DNA of 64,000 nucleotides from Lingula anatina (lineage: Eukaryota > Animalia > Brachiopoda): positions 20,092,848-20,156,847 of the forward strand of contig CM120643.1 of NCBI GenBank assembly GCA_051362555.1. Reading direction: 5' to 3'. Every line of letters begins with the position of its first letter. Positions within the stretch are counted from its first letter, which is position 1. Below, piece after piece: positions 13,201 to 25,400 of this stretch. Made by a program: the position numbers and the translations under genes. The notes under the pieces were generated by a model, which was not told the origin of the DNA, searched no databases, and saw only the letters and a list, made by a program, of their open reading frames with translations.

Positions 13201-16011
13201 GCAATGAAAAATATATATAATTCTTGTGTAGGTTGTCAGTTGTGGTAGGTTTTATCAGTGTGATATGACTTTAATATTGTCATCGATATTAGCAATTGAG
13301 ATGAGTCAGCAGCTTGCACAGCAAGTCCTTGTAGATTAATAGGAATTTCAGATTCCATTCAAGAAAAATGTCCAGCAAGCTGTTAGTATTGATTTTTTTT
13401 TCATGTGACACAGAGACAGTTAACTTGTATTCCCATGGTATATATGCCAGGTTCTTATAGCTGAACTGCAGAAAAAAGGGGGCCAGGGAAACACTTTTGT
13501 ACATGACAAATGCAAAAAAATTGATATGGATTTCAGCATTGACCATTTTAGTAAAAAAAGTTTTTTCAGTAAATATACCCCACTGCTTTTGTTATTTATT
13601 ACATTGGTAGAATATATGTACAGCTAGTTTTGAAGACATAAAAAAAGATTGTGCCACAGTTATATATATAGATTAATTTTTTTTATTCAAGTGGTATGCC
13701 ATATTGTTAGACTACACAGGAGAATATGAAGGCACGAAGCAGAGGATAGCAAATGCATATGAAGTGAAAGAGCACTTTTTAGTAAGTAGAGATCTCTATG
13801 GTCACACTAACATTATATTCTTACTAGAGGACTTTTTACATCAGGTGTGATATATTAGTATTCTGCTCATAGCGTAGTAGTTAGAGAGGTTCTGCATTGC
13901 CACAGGGTTTTATAAGTTTGATTTTTGCTGTTTGGAAGGTAATTCCCATTGAAAACATCGGCCTTTTTAAATCGATCCAAATCTGTGGGACTCTCACTGA
14001 ATGCACTCAATTTTACAGATTAACAGGTTTTCTCCTGGCATTAGTTACGTTAAAGAAAAGCTGGTACTAGTAATTATACAAGTATGCTGTAGAGGAGGCA
14101 TGTTAATCTGTAAATCTGATTGCATTCATTGAGTGTCCCTACAAAGTTGGATAGATCTATGTAAAAATATTCTTGGGAATGAGCCTAAAGTTAAGTATGA
14201 TATCACTGATCTAATATGAGAAGTACACACAAAAACAACAAAAAATGCTTGAATTAATATGACAAGTACGGTATGTAAAAAAACAACAAAAATGCTTAAC
14301 TTCATACTATTTGTAAACTAGTTAAGAGAATAAACATTAGACTTTTGAAAATGGCATAATATCAGATTTTTCTGCTTTGCAGAAAGCAGTAGAATTAAAC
14401 CCAAAAGATGCCACTTCTGTCCACTCCCTAGGTTACTGGTGAGTAGAACCTTGAATTGAGGAGAGTTACTGCAGTCTGAATCAAAAATAAAAATGAAGAA
14501 AAATAAAGAAATACACAAATATATTATGCTGAAATTTTCTCCATTTTGCAGGTGTTTTTTGTTTGCTGACCTACCTTGGTATCAACAGAAAATTGCTTCA
14601 GTCATATTTACCACTCCGCCCACTTCTACTTATGAGGAGGTAGGTCAGGGCCTTTGTTCAGTGACCATGTATTAACAAAGTACCTAGAAGTGGGATTTAA
14701 TTAAAATTTTTGTGTATTGCATTCTTATGCAATTTAAGAAATTAAATTATATTTCAAATGAAAAATAATAATAAGCCAACCTTGCTACTATACTTAATAT
14801 TATGTGCTGTAATTTCTTGCAGTTTTTCAGAAATCATTTTGTAATGATAAATTAAAACGTAATTTAAGTGTATGAAAACATCATTATTTGAGGCCTTCAA
14901 GTAATAGTACTTAAAACTGATACGTTTTTTCTGTCCTAGGCCTTGAAGTTTTTTTTGGAGGCTGAAAGAAGTAAGTGCATGTGTTGAACAGATCTTGATC
15001 ACCTCTCTTCTGGGACATGATATCACAAGTTGGTTGGACTCTCAAGAGCACATTGAGTTAACTTAAAGCCCTACCATTTTTTTCCTGCACAAATAAACTT
15101 AAGATTATATGTGTGATCTGAGTAACTACATTTCTTGGATTTCTTCATCATGAAAGTGCCCATAAAATATAGCACAGATGCTGAGCTTACTGAGCTGACT
15201 TCACTGCACACAAAAATCAGCAGAACCGTAATTTCATCTTGGGATTTCAATCCACTTGTGTCAGGTTCAGCCCTGTCCCTTCCAAACTTATAATGAGAAG
15301 TTGTGTAATTGCTTAAAATTGCACCATTATAAACATGAAGAAGTAGTTTATTTTTCAGAGAAGAATTTCGTCAGCTGTGAAATAGTTAACCTCCAATAAT
15401 TTTATGTCTAACAGAAAGCTGTTGATTGAAGAAAAATTACTTTATTTTTGCAGTAAATTTCTGAATTTAAATAAAAAGATGTGCAAAAAAAGAAGAAACA
15501 GTAAAGGTTTTGGGACAGGAGGGGAGAATTAGAAAAAAACTTTTGAAATCTTGAGCCTGACATTGCAAAATGTTATGATTTTGTAATCAAATGCACCACT
15601 GCCGTGGTGATTAAGTAAAATGTATTGAAGGAAAAATACATACAACAGAGGATGAAATAAGATTAAATGAAGTAAAGAATACTTTATACGTATTATACAT
15701 CAGCATAGCATCACAATGAGGATACAAATGATTTTAATTATGTAATGTTCATTTGATGTACATACTAGTGCAGGTAAATTTTTTTGTGACTTTATGACCC
15801 CATTATACAGAATATTGATACAGATAAGATAATACACAAAATACCAGCACTGAAATTAACACAGGGCAAACTCGTAGAACTCCAGTAGTTTGCATGATAT
15901 ATTAAACTGTACATAATTTACGGTGACTACAGTATGTATCAGTTGGTTAAGTCCGAAATTCTTTTCACTTCAACATTTTGCCACCAACTTTGTTATTGAA
16001 TTGAGTCATGC

Positions 16012-16042
<31 letters not shown>

Positions 16043-16831
16043 GCGGGCGGCATGCTGATAATTACTGGCATGGGGTGTTCTGTTTAATTTTGTGGATATA
16101 ACATATTTGGTACCAGTATAAGCTGTCACCTGAGCGATATATGCCAAAACACCTCGAACATCAATGAAAAAGGTGTTCAAAGTAAATACTGCGCGACGGT
16201 ACAAGTGTGTTATTTGACATACTAACAGTGAGAAAGCACTCCCATTTCACCTAAAAATACACCAAACCCGAATAAATTGTGCTTTGCTACAGTCACATAA
16301 CATCTCTAGATATGTGCATGTATATACAATAAATCTGTTTAACTTTATTTAGTTGATCCTGGTTTCTACAGTATGAATACAATGATGTTAGGGAAGACCT
16401 ATGTTAGACTCAAGGAAAATGCCAGGGCCATCTACCACCTGAAGAAGGTCAAAAGTTTTCCAGTTAAAACTGTTGATGATGAAAAGGTAAGTCTGTTTGA
16501 TTTTCTAAAGACAAAATTAAATTCATTCTACAATAATATTTTGAGGCATACTTTATTCAGATTTTGAAAAATAGCATCTTGATTTAAGGTTGTGCCCTAG
16601 GTCATACTAAAACATTTTTGTTGAAATTCTGCGCATGATTAAAGTAAAGATTCAGATTGATTAATTGATATTCACCTCGACAAACAAGGTGCAATCATGG
16701 ACAAAGACAACTGACTACACACTAAGTTACATAAATAAATAGATAAATAAATAGATATTATTTCTGTTTCTTAGGCACACAAGGAGGCAGCTGAACTTCT
16801 GCGTGGGCTAGGAGTACATGACCATGATTAA
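10296..16831 (+). CDS. RMDN1: Regulator of microtubule dynamics protein 1 (TPR-like), 9 exons
   Basis: Exons 10296-10394, 11641-11740, 12312-12577, 13692-13781, 14383-14438, 14552-14639, 14940-14970, 16353-16486, 16775-16831 are in frame. Motifs: ELLWRLARA, FACHK|WYAI, RIANAYEVKEHF, ELNPKDAT, LPWYQQKIA, PPTSTYEEAL, DPGFYSMN. The Arg-rich N-terminus MFRRKLRLLQ resembles a mitochondrial presequence. Confidence 0.9.
10827..10997. repeat. Tandem duplication of about 95 bp in RMDN1 intron 1
   Basis: Two copies of ...ttttgggatttttcca..agaataatcact...gttttcagtttaaaagtttgttcttaatttct. Confidence 0.8.
13940..14182. mobile_element. Degenerate long inverted repeat (MITE-like) in an RMDN1 intron
   Basis: Left arm gatccaaatctgtgggactctcactgaatgca...ttacagattaaca is complementary to right arm tgttaatctgtaa...tgcattcattgagtgtccctacaaagttggat. 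Ends are approximate. Confidence 0.6.
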
Positions 16832-16914
16832 AGCAACTAGTGATGACCACAACTTGGACCAGTTACAAACTTCACGGGGGATGTAAACATGATATGTATT
16901 TAACAGTACTTCAA

Positions 16915-17100
16915 TCATTTCTGGACATTTCTGACACATTATTTCTGAGCATCCCTGAGACGTAATTACTGGACATTCCTGAGACACAATTCTGGACAAT
17001 CCTGAGACACCATTTCAGGACGTTCGAGCGACATAATTTTCAGCGTCCTACAGACACCATTTCAGGAAATCCCTGGGACGTCATTTCTGGACATTCCTGC
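16915..17100. repeat. Degenerate minisatellite of about 22 bp in the RMDN1 3' region
   Basis: Repeated cat/aatttctggacattcctgagacac-like units. Confidence 0.75.
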
Positions 17101-18328
17101 TTTCTTTGCATTCCATAGGTACCATTTTAGGCATTTTTGTGATGAGACATCACTTCTTTGGGCATTCTGAGATGGACTTTTTACTAAATGTAGAAGAGTT
17201 AGTCAATCCATGTTTTAAAGATAGTATTTGATCATTCCAGTTTAGAAGGATAGTAATGATGACCTATGGCTCATGGTGAAGTAGGTAAGCCAATGTCAAT
17301 GGTTCAACACTCGGAATGAGAACCCAGCATTTTTCAAAATTTTTGATGAAAATAATTTCTGGTATTTTCATATCCGATCAGGCTTAGCAGGTACTTTGCT
17401 CTGTTATAGTCGCATTCAGAACAGATGATCCACGGACTAACTGATCCACCGACTAAATATAGCCAACCCCACTTCAAAGTAAACCACTTAATCCCCTGAT
17501 ATCCGACAGCAGATTAACTTTGATGCAGTAATTCGAAACATAAACTGTCACTGTGATAATGTCTAGTTAAGTGAAAAAAAAAAGAACAGTAGAACAAAAT
17601 CTTACTATTGAAAATTATTACAATAATTTCTCTCTTAATTTGAAAAGACTCATTTTCCCCCTCAAAACAATATTTTTTCAGTGATATGAGTATGTAAAAA
17701 AGATGATTCAAAATTTCTGAAAGCCAGTTGGGTACATACAGAAAGCATTTTTTGAATTACGAAATAAAAAATCTTTGGGGAAAAAAAGAAAATATTGGAT
17801 AAGACTGGTTGAAATTTATGAGCAGTCACAGTACTAGTACAGGGCAAGAAAAGTAAAAATACAACGAAAATTTTGCATCAATTTTTACTCATTCACTAGG
17901 TTAAAAAAAACATTGCATTAATTAATACTGGAGCGTACATTTTCAGCTAATGTGGTATTTAATAAAACCACTGGGGATAACTGTTTTGGTATTAAATCAA
18001 TAAAACCAATAAAGATAGTGGTTGTGGCATCAAAATCATATCATTTGGCTGACAGTATTTTTTGTTACTGAAATTACGTTCTGTCACTAAGAATAATAGA
18101 GAGGATTTAAAGCTTACCAATCTCATTCAGACGTGTGGCATAATATAATTTATTTACAAAAATTATAGCAAGTGATAAGATTATATTTATCATACTGTAG
18201 TGGAAGTGTGTAAAAATTAAAATCAATGTATTTATGTTACTTACAAAATCAGAGTTACAGTACACATAAGGCCCTTGTTTTCACATGGAGCAGCATACTT
18301 TAGTGATACAGTCTTTGAGAGGTTCTTA

Positions 18329-18522
18329 GGGCCTGTTCAGAACATATTGATCTGCAAACTTACTAGTCCCTGGATCAAATATGGTGCAACCTTTTTGAAT
18401 GAATGCCCAGATTTAATTGCTTAGTCCCTGAAGGGACAGCACATGTGGGAGACGGGGAATTCATTGTCAAGTGTACTGCATGTTTGATCTGTGAACTTAA
18501 TCAAGTGGTTCTGAACAGTCCC
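18329..18522. mobile_element. PIF/Harbinger (Tourist-like) MITE
   Basis: TIR GGGCCTGTTCAGAAC ... GTTCTGAACAGTCCC, flanked by TTA on both sides. Confidence 0.75.
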
Positions 18523-19657
18523 TTACATGTTATTATACTACACCTTTCACAAGTTCTCCACAAGTTGATTTCCTGCTAGTAATTAATTTACAGTGACAGT
18601 AGTGGAGGTTCCATTTAAAGGGATAATAACTCTTCGTATGAGATCTATATTTCACAATAAAAACATTGTGCATAACTCATAGAAACATAATATATTATGT
18701 TGTACCACAAAAATGGCAGTTATAGCTATTATTCTGATATCTGAGCTTGTCTTTAGACCATGTGACCTCCATTGATGGCTATACTCTGTTAAAATCTCTT
18801 AAGAGATTTTAACAAAAAACCAAACTTTTTAGAAAAAAACCAGGGACTAAATTTGAATGTAAAAATGGATTCATTAACCATTGGTAAGTATGGGAAAATT
18901 GTTGTTTACTCCAGGAAAATTCATTTTTTGGCCAAAACGAAGAGTTATTATCCCTTTAAGCAACTATCTATTAATCAGGTTATTATGTTGTCCATCTCTA
19001 AAGGAGCACTGGTACAGACATTATTGCTAAAGTGTTCCCCTCGATGTGAAAAAGGCCTTGATTAACAGTTACTTCATATACCAGTATGCACCTCTGTTTT
19101 GTGTTTACTGCACCAAGCACAAAAATGCATACATTGGTTATATGGATTTTGTGCTTCTGTGGATGGGTGTATGACATAGTTAACAAGTCCGTGAATGACT
19201 TGTTAAAGTTCAGTCAGATGCCACTTAAGTTAAGACATGACAAGCAGGCAGGTAATGAAATTTAAAGGTGAAGAAGTCGGTCTTCATGAGCTCTTATCTC
19301 TGGCCATTGAGAAAAAGAAGCATTAAATGAAACATATCTGTTTCTTTGGGTTAATTTTTAAACATGCATACTGTACTAGAATAGTCAAGTATATAAAATC
19401 GCGGTAAAGAAGAAAAACCTGTAATCATTTGGACTGACAGAAAAAAGAATAATAATTTATACTTTTCAACTTAGATATTGAACAAAAATGATGTGATTTA
19501 TTTCACATTGATCTCAGTATTATGTTATACCCTCTTGCAAAGTGTGAGCATTGTCCCTTTCGACAAATTTGGACTTGAAATCTTTCTAAAACTGACTTTG
19601 TTTCTGATGAGCATGTTAAGAAAAACATGGTGGTAAAGAGGGGGTAAAAAGCCTTGG

Positions 19658-19838
19658 TCCGCATTCAGAACAGCAGACAAACAGATCCGCAGATCACATA
19701 TGACAACCAGCTTAAAAGCTTGTTGCTTAATTCACAACTACACACTGAATAGATTCCCGCGGGATAACGCAACAAGCATTCAAGTAGGTTGGCCATATTT
19801 AATCTGCAGGTGTCTTCATCTGCTGTCCTGAATGCACT
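19658..19838. mobile_element. MITE of the GCATTCAGAACAG family
   Basis: gcattcagaacagcagacaaacagatccgcagatcacatatg ... catatttaatctgcag...ctgctgtcctgaatgc. Similar to the copies at about 23107 and 61274. Confidence 0.7.
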
Positions 19839-20052
19839 TTTGGTTAGGCTGGTCAATAGTCATATGAACAAATCTATATCAAATTGTCTTAATGGCCAAA
19901 CCTGTCTTACTAAGAGATGTCATCAAAATGTTTTCCAATGGTAAAGCTAGACAGCAATTTGCCTGCTTCATCTAAGATAGTATCTACCTCATTCTCAGAG
20001 CTGACATGCTCCATCTTTGCAGGAGGGTGTCAAAACCAGCAGTTACCAAAGA

Positions 20053-20181
20053 CAGGCCCTGGTTTCACAACTTAATTGCCAAGGTTACTTGGTCACATGG
20101 GCAAATCTTACCCTATCAGATGCAGTGTAACAGCTAGCACTCTCATAGAAATCTTAAGAATTTTTGTGAAACTGGGGCCAG
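20053..20181. mobile_element. Short MITE-like element
   Basis: Terminal inverted repeat ggccctggtttcacaa ... ttgtgaaactggggcc. Confidence 0.55.
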
Positions 20182-20359
20182 GTCTCTGCTACCAAGTCTT
20201 TCACCATGTAAACTAGTTGACATATAGGTGTACAGACTGTAAACATTATGTAGTTGATGAAGATGGATGTATTTGTTAAAGGCTCTTGCTTCTTGAGTGT
20301 GCATTCCTGTAGCTAGCACAAGGTAGACAAAGCGCTTGCCAATATACGCTAATGACTAC

Positions 20360-20555
20360 ATCTTTTCAATCCACAAAAATTATCAAACTTTCAGATACAT
20401 AATTATATATTATAATCACAAAATTATATTTATATGAAGCATTTCTGTGGTATTTTTACTGCATAGAAATGAGCTATAGAGTAGCCTGCCTTTTAATGTT
20501 GTTGCTTCCACTCAGTAGGAATGTTCTAATGATAAAAAAAGCTATGACATAAAAA
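20360..20555. repeat. Dispersed repeat, second copy at about 23812-23965
   Basis: Both sites share tcttttcaat..acaaaa.tatcaaactttcagat.cataatt ... ccactc..taggaatgttc.aat. Confidence 0.65.
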
Positions 20556-22419
20556 TACAAATTTACCTCTTTTGGAAAGATTGATTAATTATCATACATG
20601 AATGGCTGTACTTGGCACCATTAATAATGCATTGATCAGAAAAGTATTAGTTTGTTCTTCACATATATATAATTATTAATTGATAACTTTAAATTGTTTG
20701 CATTGATTATGTTATGGAGCATTGTGATAAATACAGAAAAAGACAGAATGAATGATGCTAATATATAATTTCTGTTTGCAGTTTTGGGATAGTTTTGTAG
20801 CATGCTGCTATAGTTTATGTACATCAAAATTTGTATTTTCTTTTACAGAACATGTGTATGGTAATATTTTGCTCAAGTTGTTTGGTAGAACAGTTAATAC
20901 TCAAGGGAAACAAAGCAATGGATTTTTCTTTGATATAAGAATAACATTTACCTTTAAATAATATATAAGTTAAAGTATGTTTTGCTGTTGCCTGTAAAAA
21001 GGTTTGATATTTAACTTGTCTTAGGAAGAATTTAAAGTTGATTATTGCAGTGATTCTTTTTTTTAAGTAAGCAAGGTTCAGGCAGTTTTAACAATCCCAG
21101 GCACATATTACCCCCCCCCCCCCCCAAAAAAAAAAAAAAAAAAAAGATAACCCAGACCACCAGTTTCTTATGATTACTCTGATCTTGGCAATGACTTGTA
21201 CTGCTACTGCGGTTTGATAAGCCCACACTCAACTTGTGTATAACAAAAGAAGTCGCACAGCCAGATACTGGTATAGTCTATCAACTGTAGTTTTAAATCC
21301 TAAGCTGCCTTAATGCTGCCATTTTGACATAAATACCAGTTTCAAGGTTCTTAGAGATGTTTTAGTAATTAGTATCACTTTTGAAAGATCAGTTGTACAG
21401 ATGGCAGTTTGGGAACAACATAGTTTGCACTTGTAGGTTTATCAACGTACACGTTAAAAACAAATAAAATTAGAATTGTGATATATGTAGTTGTAGGTTC
21501 GTTTAAGTACAAAAGAACTTGATTTGTCAGTTGTAAAATTGTGGTGTAAATGTAGAAGGAAAGAAGATTCTTGTTCACTTAATGAGTTTTGTTGTTGTGA
21601 AATAAAATTAATTGTGCCTTACTGTTTCATTGTTGTATTCCTGCAAATATAGTTGTGGAAAAATTCTGTTACAGTTACCCTTGTGCTGTATTTCGGGAGG
21701 GCAGCGATCACGTAACATTCACGTTACATTAACAGTTGGTGTTTTAGTGGCTCTTTCTGGGGATGCCTTATTCTCATTTAGTCAGTATAATTTTCTTTGT
21801 GGTTTAGGGACACGGGCTCTTTAGTCACTAACGATCAGGCAGCATACAAAAATCCAAGATACCGAGTGCCCTTCAAATGACCTTGAGAAAAAGCAACCTT
21901 ATTTGTATGACTGTATGCCATGGTCAGTTCATGTACCTGTAAAAGTTTTCAAACTACCATAGCACAGACCCAAGCAAAAAAACTTTTTAAAATCGTCTTT
22001 ATATTATGTTCCTACACAGTCAACTTCATAGCCATAATACAGGGGAATGGAATTAAAAAGTAAACTATCTCTTATTGTTAAAAGACAATTTTGTGCATTT
22101 TTATTGGAACTCTTTACTATATATTTCTTAAAGACAAAAAATACAAAAAAACTGCATAATTAAATAATGCTCATAAGATTTTAAAATATTGCAGCCAATG
22201 AAAACAATCATCATGTGAATGTATAAACTGTTTTATACTTTGCATTAAAAATATGAACATGTCCTGAAATACTTGTACTGATACAGTAATAAAGTAAGGC
22301 CACAAGGGAGAATAAGTGACTGATTATTTTTCACATAAGTTCTCAACCTGCGCAAAAACTGTAGTTGTTAGAACACAATCTACCATTTGAGTCCAAACAG
22401 AGACTAATTGCGCTGTTGT

Positions 22420-25400
22420 TCAGAGTTTTGCTTTCTGCTGAAAGAAGTTCATAATGGCATTCATGCACTCGTCCGACTGCCACCTGTCTACCAGTAAGTC
22501 ACACTCTCTCTGATTGGTTGCGTGCAAAGCAGCCCTGTCTACATCTCGAATCAGTCCTTTGGAGGTACGCAGGCTCTGAAATATGGAAGGAACGTAGCTA
22601 GAGGCAAGGAGGCAGTTTTAGAAATATCCAAGAGATTTTGTAATAGGTTATCTAATTACTACTGAATCAATTAATTATAGATTTAATAAAATTTTACAGT
22701 AAAAAGATTGCTTAACAAAAGGGTATGTGAGGAGAACCTACCCCTTCCATATTACAGAGTTAAAAAATTAACATGTTAAATTTGATGAAATACAATGTAC
22801 ATGCTGAAGATGCATTCATAAAATGCACAAAAACATCACACATTTCCAAAAATTTCAGGGAGATTTGCAGCAAGAACTCCTCAGTTCAGCTTTATGTCTT
22901 CATCACACATAACCTATGCTGGAAACATCACAATGAGTCCCTACCCCTAACAGAACTGGGCAACATGCTGAACTTTAAAGCCAAATACAATACAATTCAT
23001 TTAAACTATAATACACTTAAACAACTTTGTTTTACCACAGGTGGTAACATGGTCATCTCTCTCACACCAACTGAACCCAGGGTAACATCCTGGGCCTTAA
23101 AGCCAAAGAGCTCATTCAGAACAGCAGACTAACAGATCCATGGATCAAATATGGAGACCCACTAAAAAGCTTGCCGCTTGATTCCCGATTAAACACAATA
23201 GATTCCCCACAGGGATTATGGAACAAGCATTCAAAGGGGGGGGGGGGGGCATATTTGATCTGCGGATCTGTTAGTCCTCTGCTCTGGATGCCCTCAAATA
23301 CAATGAATATGAACTACCTTACAAATACATTAAAATTACTTTGTCTTACCACAGGTGGTAACTTGGCCATCTCTCTGAGTCTGGCCCAGACCTCAGTTTG
23401 GAAGGAATGCTCTGGAAACACCTCTGTCACCAGACCTCGTTCCATTGCTTCAGCGGCAGTTAGCTTACGGTTGAACAGCAGCATTTCATTGGCCTGTAAC
23501 AGTGACACATTTGAATGGCAATGGCAACATCATGGATAAATAAGAAATTTTACTCATAAGGAATAACAAGATATTTCTTTTTAAAGTAGTTTACAATACA
23601 GATCTTATTGTCATTTCAATAAAATACATTGGATCAAACATGCCTCGTAACCTAATTAAAATGTTGATTTGGACTGCTTTTACACCTGGCAGCAAAATGT
23701 ATTTAGTTAATCTTGATTTTAATCTTCATAACAAAATATTTCAAAATGGACATTCTATTAAATATGTGAGATTCATGAAAGACATGGGCACCTGAATACA
23801 GTAATCAACAAATCTTTTCAATTGACAAAAGTATCAAACTTTCAGATTCATAATTTTATCATCACAAAATAGTATTTCTATATAGCACTTGAGGACTTTT
23901 GCTGCACAGAATAAATTTTGTTGTTACCACTCTATAGGAATGTTCCAATTTATAGAAATTTTGACATCTATCAGAATTATGCAGTGCCCTTTAATTTCAG
24001 TACATCAAGACTACAGTAGGAATATGCATATTCACTAGGGGTCATATTCCCAACCAGTCCAACTTCGACATGAAGTAGTCTAACTGATACCAACAGACTA
24101 CTACATTTCACAGTTACTCCTGTAGACTGTCATCAGTTAAGAATAAAATATAATGCTAAGCAATGTGATTGGCTAGTGACATCAACTGGACCAAGTAAGT
24201 TTGGTCAAAGATCGTCTGGTTGTGAACCAGCTTCAGGCTTGACTCAGACTGTTAGAGCACATTCAGAACAGATAATCCATGGACTAACCAATCCAGCAAC
24301 TAAATATGGCCGACCTCACTTCAAAAGCAATGACGTTTATTCCCTGATGGTCTCCCGGCCTCCACACATGCCATAAAATGGATTAAATCTCAGCTCCAAG
24401 GTTTAATTGCTAGGCCCCTACAACGACAATGCATGTGGAGGCAGGGAGACCTTCAGGAAATTAGCGACATGGCTTTTGAAGTGGGGTCGGCTATATAAAA
24501 TCAGCAGATCAGTTAGTCCGCAGATCATCTGTTCTGAATGTGCCCTTACACTTTACCTTGGCAGTACCCATTATTTGGGGGAATGTGAGTGATGAGCAGC
24601 CTTCAGGAGACTGCCCCAGTGCAGAGAAGGGGGTGTGGAACGTTGCCTGGAAGATACAAAAAATACATACAAAATAAATATATTGAAATCTTTGCAATAA
24701 CATATAGGCATCTCTTTCTTCCTCTCTCTCTATCTCCTTCTTTCCACACACACACACACACACTGTCTTAGAAAAATGAGAAAGATTTTCACAAAGCAAA
24801 ACTCACCTGATCTACATAAAATAGTGTACCAGAAAGACCTTATAACATTATGACACAACTTACCCATCAGCAGAACAATGCCAAAAACAGACATCATGTT
24901 AACTATGTCATTATTTACTCTGTCTGAATAGTACACAATGTCAAAGACTGCCGCTCTACACAAATTATGTCATTACTTACTGTATCTGTAGCATACTTGA
25001 TGTCAAAGACTGCCACTCTACACAAATTATGTCATTACTTACCGTATCTGTAGCATAGACAATGTCAAACAGTCCTAACACAGTAACAGACACTCCAACT
25101 GCCGGCCCATTGACTGCTGCCAACAGAGGCTTCGGGAAATCAATAAAGGCTGATACAAATTTCCTGGAAAAAAGAAATTGTGTTCTACTTATTTATTTAT
25201 AATGAAACAAACCATCAGATAAAAGCAGTGTCAGATACAAGTAAACCTGAAATTTAGTGAAGCAAATATGCAATAAAAGCAATTTTGTACGATTTGCTTT
25301 GGTTATTTTAAATAACATTATGCTTTCTACTCATAAATTGCACGTGTTCTTCCATTTTTTTTTTTTTTTTGTTCTTAATGCTGCCAGAAATTAACAGTTT

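Noticed and set aside
16015-16043. Poly-G run as a functional G-quadruplex or poly-Pro ORF
   Set aside because: Homopolymer G/C runs are common throughout the window, and nothing marks this one as functional.
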